Source: a virus
Lineage: Duplodnaviria > Heunggongvirae > Uroviricota > Caudoviricetes
Length of the DNA stretch: 32,402 bases
Strand: one strand, 5' to 3'
IMG/VR virus record: IMGVR_UViG_3300047160_005224
Location: 1 to 32,402 of that record
Shown here in pieces: positions 25,709 to 32,402 of the stretch. The notes beneath the pieces were generated by a model. It was not told the origin of the DNA. It saw nothing but the letters and a program-made list of their open reading frames with translations, and did no database searches. Every line of letters starts with the position of its first letter. Position 1 is the first letter of the stretch. Made by a program: the position numbers and the translations under genes.

Positions 25709-25765
25709 GTAATAAAGGGGCAGCCGAAGCCACCCCTTTATATAGTTCGTTCTCAGAAGAGAACG
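25709..25765 (-). terminator. gp23 terminator region with two hairpins
   Basis: TAAAGGGGTGGC-TTCG-GCTGCCCCTTTA (UUCG tetraloop, 25713-25740), plus CGTTCTC-TTCT-GAGAACG (25748-25765). Confidence 0.75.
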
Positions 25766-25771
25766 TTGGTC

Positions 25772-27076
25772 TCACATCAGGTTGTTCACGAGGAAACGAC
25801 GGTAGTAGACGTTCGAGTTGGCAACCAGAGCACCAGAACCGACAGTCAGACCCTGAGCATATGGGTTTGCCACGATGCCGTAACGAGTCTTGAAGCCGAT
25901 CTTCGGCTGGAAGCTGTCTTGACCAACAGCGCGAACCATCTGCAGCGGAACGTATGGGCAGTAGAACAGACCAGCGTCCATGGAGCTTGCGCCCTTGTAG
26001 CCGATGGTGATGTAGTTACCGATTGCATACGGGTCGATGTAGACGCGGATACGTCCGTTCAGAACACCAGCGAAGGTGTTACCGGTGTCGTCAACCTGCA
26101 GGTTGTTCGAGTTCAGAGCTGGGGTGTAGTCCAGAACGCCAGCCATCTGCAGTGCCGAAGCAACGTCAGAGGAGCAGATCAGGATGTTGCCCTTACCACG
26201 ACGAGTTGCCTTAGCAACAGCGTTCGCGTCACGTTCCAGCTGGAAGTGCAGACCCTTGAACTTTTCAACCGACCAACGACCGTTAGAGTCGGTGTCGAGG
26301 TCGAAGATACCCTGGGTAGCAGTGTTATCCTGCGCACCAGCTGTAGCAGTTACGTTGATGGTACGAATGACTTCGCGGTTGATTTCTGCCAGGATTTCTG
26401 TGGTCAGAATGTTGGCCAGCTCGGTCTCGGCGTCCAGACCATGAATTGCCTTCAGGTCCTGTGCCAGTTCCATCGTGTACTCAGCCTTCAGAGCACGAGA
26501 CTGAGCAACAACGGTTACCTTCTCGATGGAGAACGCCATCTGAGCGAAAGCAACGTTGGAGTCAGAACCGAGAGCTTCGGACTGAGCGGTGGACATACCA
26601 CCCGCGTAGTTGTAGGTGTTAACGTCACCAGCCGGCAGAGAGCCTACGTGCTTCTGACCGATGGTGTTAGCGCCAGATACAACAGAAGAGAACGCAGTGT
26701 TAACTTCGTTGTAGAAGGTTTCAGAACCAGTCTGGTTTGCGTAGCGCGAGCGCATTGCAAAGATCAGGCCAGTAGGACCAGTCATCGGCTGAACGCCGCA
26801 CAGGTCGTAAGCAACCAGGTTCGGCATTGCGCGGCGAACGAGTGTGATCAGGACCGGGTCATAGTTCGAAATGCCAGCACCGGTTGCGTTAGCAGGGACC
26901 GGATCTTCGCTCAGAAGCGACGCTGGGGCAAAAGCACCCTGTGAACGAATATCATTCAGAGTGTTTTCCAGAACTACGCCAGTGACATCACGAACCTGCT
27001 GAGACTTGAACTTCGGCATTTCGTCATTGTCAAGAACTGGACCCCACTTCTGGTTGAGTTCTTCGTTTAGATACAT
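25772..27076 (-). CDS. gp23: Major capsid protein
   Basis: LVRRAMPNLVAYDLCGVQPMTGPTGLIFAMR, SRALKAEYTMELAQDLKAIHGLDAE and FQPKIGFKTRYG. Confidence 0.99.
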   Translation of the reverse strand: MYLNEELNQKWGPVLDNDEMPKFKSQQVRDVTGVVLENTLNDIRSQGAFAPASLLSEDPVPANATGAGISNYDPVLITLVRRAMPNLVAYDLCGVQPMTGPTGLIFAMRSRYANQTGSETFYNEVNTAFSSVVSGANTIGQKHVGSLPAGDVNTYNYAGGMSTAQSEALGSDSNVAFAQMAFSIEKVTVVAQSRALKAEYTMELAQDLKAIHGLDAETELANILTTEILAEINREVIRTINVTATAGAQDNTATQGIFDLDTDSNGRWSVEKFKGLHFQLERDANAVAKATRRGKGNILICSSDVASALQMAGVLDYTPALNSNNLQVDDTGNTFAGVLNGRIRVYIDPYAIGNYITIGYKGASSMDAGLFYCPYVPLQMVRAVGQDSFQPKIGFKTRYGIVANPYAQGLTVGSGALVANSNVYYRRFLVNNLM

Positions 27077-27101
27077 GTTGCTTCTCCTAGAGGATGTACG
27101 C

Positions 27102-27109
27102 TATTTATA
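27102..27109 (-). promoter_or_regulatory. T4-type late promoter
   Basis: TATAAATA upstream of gp23. Confidence 0.9.
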
Positions 27110-27126
27110 CAAACCTGATTTTTGAC

Positions 27127-28158
27127 TTACTTTTTCTTATGACGTTCCACGAAGGAAGCAATCATCGGGTCTACTGGCTTTGTGTTCTTTGTTGCGGGAG
27201 CACCCCCAGCAGGAGGAGCTTCTTCATTCAGATCTGTTGCGGTCGGGGACGCAACAACTGGCTTTGCAACGTAGCCTTCTACGATTGTCTTGAGCTTAGA
27301 CTTGTACTCAGCGACGTCGTTGAAAGATAGGGATTCAGCAACAGCGGCAAGCTTGTCGACCTGAGTATCAGTCAGACCTTCAGCAACTTCCTTGAATGCA
27401 GCGTCGAGCTGTGCCTTCTGCTCCATTTCCTGGATTTGCTGCTGCTGTGCGATGAACTTGTTTTCGGACTCATTCAATGCAGCTTCGAGTTCCTCGACCT
27501 TATTGGTCAGAGTCTCAACTACATCAACCTTGTCTTCTGCGATTTCGATGTAGTGCTCAGTGAACAGAGTCTTCATTCCGCCGAGGAAGGACTCAAGAAT
27601 GTCAGCCTTGATGCCGGATTCAACCTGCAGGCGATTTTCTTCGAGCCACTGCTCAGCAACATGATTCAGATACTTGTCGACCTGGGATGCTAGCTCTTCG
27701 ACCGATTCTTCAATTGCTGCTGTCAGAGCAGTCTCAGATTCTTCCTGCAACTTCTGCTGGAATTCGATAGAACGAGCAACAACTGCTGCTTCAAAAATCG
27801 TGGAAGCCTTGGTCTTGAATTCTTCAGACAATTCCTGTCCGTCGAAAATCGCGTCAACATCTTCCTTGACGTGCGACTTGATCGTAGCAAGATTATGAGC
27901 CTGGGAATCGTTGCCGCCTTTTCCGAGATCCATGAAATGCTTGTAGCATGCGTCGAGCTGAGGACCGGAAAGCGTGTCCATGAGCTTCGCGACGCCAGTG
28001 ATCATTTCCGACTTAGACAGAGTTGGCATCGAACGCTCACCATCACCCTTGTCAGCTGGGCGTTTGTTAGCGTCGGCACCTGTACCGACCGGATCAGGAA
28101 CGGAAGCATCAACTCCGTACGAAGAAGTGAACTTCTCGTCGAGATTCTTCTGTGTCAT
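27127..28158 (-). CDS. gp22: Prohead core scaffold protein
   Basis: LSEEFKTKASTIFEAAV, YLNHVAEQWLEEN and LFTEHYIE; ATG 28158 follows a GGAG RBS. Confidence 0.93.
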   Translation of the reverse strand: MTQKNLDEKFTSSYGVDASVPDPVGTGADANKRPADKGDGERSMPTLSKSEMITGVAKLMDTLSGPQLDACYKHFMDLGKGGNDSQAHNLATIKSHVKEDVDAIFDGQELSEEFKTKASTIFEAAVVARSIEFQQKLQEESETALTAAIEESVEELASQVDKYLNHVAEQWLEENRLQVESGIKADILESFLGGMKTLFTEHYIEIAEDKVDVVETLTNKVEELEAALNESENKFIAQQQQIQEMEQKAQLDAAFKEVAEGLTDTQVDKLAAVAESLSFNDVAEYKSKLKTIVEGYVAKPVVASPTATDLNEEAPPAGGAPATKNTKPVDPMIASFVERHKKK

Positions 28159-28186
28159 TGGTAAACTCCTAGTAAATTGCAAACTC

Positions 28187-28194
28187 TATTTATA
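28187..28194 (-). promoter_or_regulatory. T4-type late promoter
   Basis: TATAAATA upstream of gp22. Confidence 0.9.
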
Positions 28195-28206
28195 AGATCG
28201 GCGATC

Positions 28207-28872
28207 TTACAAGGTAGACATGAACTTCTTGAACAGATCTACGCCGACCTGTTCGAAAAGTTCCTTATTTGGGTTTCGTGCTGCCTTATTTAGCTCTGCA
28301 CGGGCATCTTCGATTTGGCGTTGGTGCCAGATTCCATTCTCACAAATCCATTCGACGCCTTCCATAATTCCATTCACGAAAGCATCTGGAGCTGATGGAT
28401 CAGAGACGATGTCTGCTGGAGTTGCCAGCCAGAAATCATTCTGAACTTCCATGAGACCATTGCGGTTACGGAGTGAACCGAGACCACGAGAAGAAACGCC
28501 GAGATTTGCTCCGAGCTTTACCAGACCGACAGCGATCTTTCCACATGGAGTATCTTCAGACAGCTGAGCTTTTCCATACCAGTCGTTGCCCTGCTGTTTC
28601 AACTCAGTGATCATGTGCGATACACGATCAAGATTGATCTTGGGACCCGAAGGATGTTCCAGTTCGCCGTACGAACGGTTCTTCTTGATTTTTTCTTCTG
28701 TGTAACGATGTACTTCCGCTTCCATAATGCCGATCGGATAGACACGGCGGTTACGGTTTGGAATTCCTGCCTGCAAGAAGATACCTTCAATGAAGTACTT
28801 CTTGGTACCATCCGTTCCGACAGCTTCGGAAAGGACGCTTACATCTTCATTGAGTTCGCAAATAAGGCGCAC
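28207..28872 (-). CDS. gp21: Prohead protease
   Basis: IEGIFLQ...NRNRRVY, GELEHP, GVSSRGLGSL and DIVSDPSAPDAFV.GIME. Confidence 0.97.
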   Translation of the reverse strand: MRLICELNEDVSVLSEAVGTDGTKKYFIEGIFLQAGIPNRNRRVYPIGIMEAEVHRYTEEKIKKNRSYGELEHPSGPKINLDRVSHMITELKQQGNDWYGKAQLSEDTPCGKIAVGLVKLGANLGVSSRGLGSLRNRNGLMEVQNDFWLATPADIVSDPSAPDAFVNGIMEGVEWICENGIWHQRQIEDARAELNKAARNPNKELFEQVGVDLFKKFMSTL

Positions 28873-28884
28873 TGTTATCTCCTA

Positions 28885-29214
28885 TTAGAAGTTCTGGTCA
28901 GTTGTTGTGACTTGCTTCTTGACAACCAGAATGAGAGTTCCGCCCCCAGAAGCTGGTGCTGTGATGACCAAGCTTCCTGCATTGTCTTCACGAAGAGCGG
29001 TGACGCCTTCCAGGAACCAGTTGTCTCCATTGATCAAGCTCAAAATGACGTTCGCATCACGAGCAATGGTCCAGGAACCACACCAATAGACCTGGGTGAT
29101 ATCGATAGCCGTGACAGTTTCACCAGTCAGCTGGAAATCGGCAAGCGTGTAGCTTTCATTCGCTGTTGCGCGAATTACTGCTTGTGTGTGCAGTTTGTTC
29201 TGGATGATTGGCAT
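28885..29214 (-). CDS. Hypothetical protein in the head cluster
   Basis: Packed ORF between the putative internal proteins and gp21; beta-rich sequence. Confidence 0.7.
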   Translation of the reverse strand: MPIIQNKLHTQAVIRATANESYTLADFQLTGETVTAIDITQVYWCGSWTIARDANVILSLINGDNWFLEGVTALREDNAGSLVITAPASGGGTLILVVKKQVTTTDQNF

Positions 29215-29215
29215 A

Positions 29216-29848
29216 TCAGAATCCTGAAATTTTGAGTTCGCGCATACGCTTCTTTACGAGAGGACGCACATCTACGTGTGGATCCTTTCCAGCGAAATGC
29301 TTAATGTCGTTGAGTAGACGAACATCGTGAGCGTGAGGTTTTACCTTTTCGTGAGCTTCATGAGCCTTGAGAGGCTGACGCATCAAACGACGAAGGTGAC
29401 CAACAGCTCGACCGTGTCGTACTGGATTCGACGAGAAGATTCCACCAGTACCTGGCGAACTATCATCCTCATCAATCACTTGTCCATCAGAATCACCCAT
29501 TCCATCATCCCAACCATCGTAGGTCTCTTCAAAAAGACCTGGATTATAGGAGCGTACGAATGAATCGATGGACTTCTTAATAGAAGTCATGACAACGTCA
29601 TCAGGTTGCTTGTCCAAAAGGAGTTCGGCAAGTTGGCGTCCGCCACGAGAATCGAGGTAGTGGCTGATGACGATGTCACTGAACTTAAGAGCGGCAATTC
29701 CCTTTGTTGCCTTCTTGATCAGCGCGACTGCATGGTCGAGAAGTGTATGTGCCTCATTACCAGCCGTTCCTAGGAAACCACCATGAGTGTTCCTAGGAAT
29801 GACCGTCTCAGCGATTGTCTTCTTTTGGAATTCGCTGAAGTGGAGCAT
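29216..29848 (-). CDS. Putative head core/internal protein
   Basis: MLHFSEF...IAE leader and internal LFEE/IDE sites resembling gp21 cleavage motifs; located in the head cluster. Confidence 0.6.
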   Translation of the reverse strand: MLHFSEFQKKTIAETVIPRNTHGGFLGTAGNEAHTLLDHAVALIKKATKGIAALKFSDIVISHYLDSRGGRQLAELLLDKQPDDVVMTSIKKSIDSFVRSYNPGLFEETYDGWDDGMGDSDGQVIDEDDSSPGTGGIFSSNPVRHGRAVGHLRRLMRQPLKAHEAHEKVKPHAHDVRLLNDIKHFAGKDPHVDVRPLVKKRMRELKISGF

Positions 29849-29849
29849 C

Positions 29850-30815
29850 TTAGTCCTTAGTGAGCTTGTCTGAAGCTTTCGCGATGCCCTTCATTCGCTT
29901 GGCTGTACGAACGGCAATCTTGCCTGATTCATCATGCTTACCTGCATGCCTAGAATCAGAAATCTTGGCACCATTTCTGAATTGATCGTCAGAAGCCTTC
30001 TTGATGTAGGAGCCAAGAACCTTCTTCGAGATCTCCTGAAGCTGCAGAGTTTCTTCAGCAATCTTGTGCTTCTTCAGAACTGGCTTTAGCTCTTGTGAGT
30101 GATGCAGGTTAGCACGCTTCAATTCTTCGTGCTCATCACTGCCACGATTCATACGAGCGAACATCTTCGCGGCAGCTTTGTGATGTTCTGGCTTGAGAAC
30201 TGCCTTGGCATCTGCATAAGCGGCATGGTATGGACCTTTGACTGATTCTTCAATTTGTTCATCAGTCAAACCATCGAATGATTCTTCTAGTGCAGCAAGA
30301 GCTTCAGCGATCTTCTTGTTGTGATATGTGCCGGCTGTATCAAGTCCATTTTCAGCAGAAGCATCATCAGCGTCATCATCGCCAGTCCACTTGTCAGCAC
30401 GACGAGAAATGTCCTTGCTAGTGATGCCCTTGTAGACTTCATCACCATTCTTAGCTGGGTCCGGAATGACCTGCGCAGGATGCGCATCGGTGAATTCCTG
30501 ATCGGCTGGAGAACGCGCGTTGATTACTGGATAGACGATGGTAGATTCCGTGACATACTTCTTAGCCTTTTCGCGATGCTCATCACGGAGCTTCGCTGCC
30601 TTGGCACGATACGTGTCACTGTTTCCAATCTGGGACTGTTCGTGATAATGATCTCCCATATGCGTGTGATGCATGTGCATATGGTGCTTGAATTTCTTCA
30701 TGCCTTCTTCGCCAGTTCCACGATGCTTCTCAGCGTCTGCCAAATGCTTGTTAGCATTTGCAACATCATAGTGGGCTTCAAACAAGCCACTCTTGAATTG
30801 AGCAAACTTCTTCAT
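29850..30815 (-). CDS. Putative head internal protein, His-rich, with multiple protease-type sites
   Basis: MKKFAQFK..LFE leader, repeated [ILV]-x-E sites; GGAG RBS. Confidence 0.65.
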   Translation of the reverse strand: MKKFAQFKSGLFEAHYDVANANKHLADAEKHRGTGEEGMKKFKHHMHMHHTHMGDHYHEQSQIGNSDTYRAKAAKLRDEHREKAKKYVTESTIVYPVINARSPADQEFTDAHPAQVIPDPAKNGDEVYKGITSKDISRRADKWTGDDDADDASAENGLDTAGTYHNKKIAEALAALEESFDGLTDEQIEESVKGPYHAAYADAKAVLKPEHHKAAAKMFARMNRGSDEHEELKRANLHHSQELKPVLKKHKIAEETLQLQEISKKVLGSYIKKASDDQFRNGAKISDSRHAGKHDESGKIAVRTAKRMKGIAKASDKLTKD

Positions 30816-30824
30816 GATTGCTCC

Positions 30825-31001
30825 TTATTCGGCTGGCTTCTGAGCAGCCTCGATCTTGTCGAAGAACTCACGAATGATTGCAGGTGTTTCGTCTTCGATG
30901 CGAGCAGCAACGCGCTCTGCAATGAGCTTGTTGAATGCTTCAGCAACATCGACTGGCTTGCCTTCATGGCATGCTTCGATTAGAGAAAGAATTGTGGACA
31001 T
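30825..31001 (-). CDS. gp67: Small prohead core protein, gp67-like (58 aa)
   Basis: Not in the ORF track; hand translation MSTILSLIEACHEGKPVDVAEAFNKLIAERVAARIEDETPAIIREFFDKIEAAQKPAE. GGAG RBS; directly follows the portal gene. Confidence 0.72.
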   Translation of the reverse strand: MSTILSLIEACHEGKPVDVAEAFNKLIAERVAARIEDETPAIIREFFDKIEAAQKPAE

Positions 31002-31024
31002 GTTAGACTCCTAAATGAACCTTC

Positions 31025-31032
31025 TATTTATT
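31025..31032 (-). promoter_or_regulatory. Possible late promoter (AATAAATA) overlapping the portal stop codon
   Basis: One mismatch to TATAAATA, about 24 nt upstream of the gp67-like start. Confidence 0.5.
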
Positions 31033-32402
31033 GCTTTGATGAGTTTGACTGTTTCTTTTGAGGCAGTCCATCTGGTCCACCTGAAGTTGGCTGTTCTTGC
31101 TGCGGATTTCCATACGGAGATTCAACAGCTGCTCCAGGATCACCGCCTGGTTGTTCAGGTCCAGCATTCAAATTAGAGAACGCCGCTTCGCCCTGTTGAC
31201 CATTGATTTCGTCTTCATCCATTTCCTTCTGCATCTTCTCAATGAGTTCGTCATCTTGACGCAGAACATGCTTCTTGACATATGGAGTAGAGAAGTATTT
31301 GCCGACGTATTGGTCGATGTCATTCAACAGACCAAGGCGCTCGCGCATGATTTCTGTTTCTTTCAGCTCTGCAAAGAAGTTGTCAGAAGCAAACGTGAAT
31401 TTGACTTTCTGGAACATCGCCGGAGCTTCTTCAGCGGAAATAACGCGCTTCAGAATCAACTGCTTTTCGAGAGTCTTGTAGAACACTATCGAGAAACGAA
31501 GACGAATACGGTCAATGAACTTGGCGAACTTCAGTTCGTCACGTGAAATTTCTGTAGCACGACCGAGGTTGAACGCGCCTCCATCGTCAGAAAGACGCGA
31601 AACTGGAACCTGCAAGGAATGATAGAGACGCTGCTTGAAGTAGTTGACGTCTTCCATCTGACCGAGGTTCTGGCCACCAGGAAGCGTGGAAATTTCAGTA
31701 CCACGACCGCCTTCACGGCGTGGAAGCCAGAAGTCTTCGAGCATGGTAGCAAAGCGACGGTCGTCACGAATTTCGCCTGTCTGGGCGTCGTACACAACCT
31801 TGTTCTTATGCTTGACCATCATGTCGCGCAGATACTGCTCAGCCTTCAGCTTCGGAAGCGAACCAACGTCGATGTAGAACACGCGACGTTCTGGAGCGCG
31901 AACCAGTCGATAAATGACTGCTGCGTCTTCCATGGCACGCAACTGATTCAATGGCTTAATGGCTTTGTGCAAGTAACCCAGCACCATTTGGTTGGTTGGG
32001 TCCATAAGACCTGATGTTACAGCAACAATAGAGTCAGCAGCAATACGCATGCCCGTTGCATTGTTGTAACCAGATGTAGAAGTTTCCTTCAGAGCAAATC
32101 CACGATCGTTGTAGATGTAGTATTCGCTCTTGGTCTGAATGGTAGATGCAAGACCCTTTGCCTGCGGAATGCGGCGGATCTCGCGCACCTTACGGAGCTT
32201 ACGAGGATCGATGTAACGCATTTCCAAGATGCCGTGTTCTGGACGCTCTTCGTCAATAATGACATGGAAGTAGAGGCGTCCATCGATGTACCAACGACGG
32301 CAAAGGTCATAACCATTCATGTTGAAGTCGAACAAACGAACGACTTCATCAAATTCTTTGCGGATGCGATCCTTGATTTTCTCGGAATATCCTTCCAACT
32401 GA
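31028..32402 (-). CDS. gp20: Portal vertex protein (5' end outside the window)
   Basis: RRWYIDGR, YLHKAIKPLNQLR.MEDA.VIYR..RAPERRVFYIDVG and EDFWLPRREGGRGTEI.TLPGGQNLG. Confidence 0.98.
   Translation of the reverse strand, partial: QLEGYSEKIKDRIRKEFDEVVRLFDFNMNGYDLCRRWYIDGRLYFHVIIDEERPEHGILEMRYIDPRKLRKVREIRRIPQAKGLASTIQTKSEYYIYNDRGFALKETSTSGYNNATGMRIAADSIVAVTSGLMDPTNQMVLGYLHKAIKPLNQLRAMEDAAVIYRLVRAPERRVFYIDVGSLPKLKAEQYLRDMMVKHKNKVVYDAQTGEIRDDRRFATMLEDFWLPRREGGRGTEISTLPGGQNLGQMEDVNYFKQRLYHSLQVPVSRLSDDGGAFNLGRATEISRDELKFAKFIDRIRLRFSIVFYKTLEKQLILKRVISAEEAPAMFQKVKFTFASDNFFAELKETEIMRERLGLLNDIDQYVGKYFSTPYVKKHVLRQDDELIEKMQKEMDEDEINGQQGEAAFSNLNAGPEQPGGDPGAAVESPYGNPQQEQPTSGGPDGLPQKKQSNSSKQ

Noticed and set aside
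25637-26944. 435-aa plus-strand ORF
   Set aside because: It lies antisense to gp23 and is explained by the strong codon bias of the capsid gene.
1-32402. tRNA, rRNA, intron or intein
   Set aside because: Intergenic gaps are short with no cloverleaf seen, and core genes have ordinary lengths with uninterrupted motifs.

Overview
A 32.4 kb segment of a T4-like myophage genome with every real gene on the minus strand. In transcription order (right to left) it holds: the head morphogenesis block (partial portal gp20, gp67-like core protein, putative internal head proteins, gp21, gp22, gp23); a GIY-YIG homing endonuclease and two tandem sulfotransferase-like genes; dexA, gp3, uvsY, uvsW, gp55, gp47 and gp46; a seven-gene putative DNA hypermodification cluster (class II glutamine amidotransferase, amidoligase, LMW phosphatase, glycosyltransferase, amino acid:DNA transferase/aGPT-Pplase, P-loop kinase, TET/JBP-type dioxygenase); peptide deformylase, a second glycosyltransferase, dsbA, gp45, gp44, gp62, regA, two nucleotide pyrophosphatases and a partial gp43 DNA polymerase. 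Most notable: (1) three tiny genes inserted between gp44 and gp62, each carrying a different conserved peptide of the major capsid protein, one matching the Gol region, which may be capsid-mimic decoys; (2) the composite base-modification cluster; (3) an antisense promoter and a shared promoter-leader element bracketing the dexA-uvsW unit; (4) a perfect 75-nt repeat shared by two otherwise diverged sulfotransferase genes. All calls come from motif recognition by eye; no searches were run.
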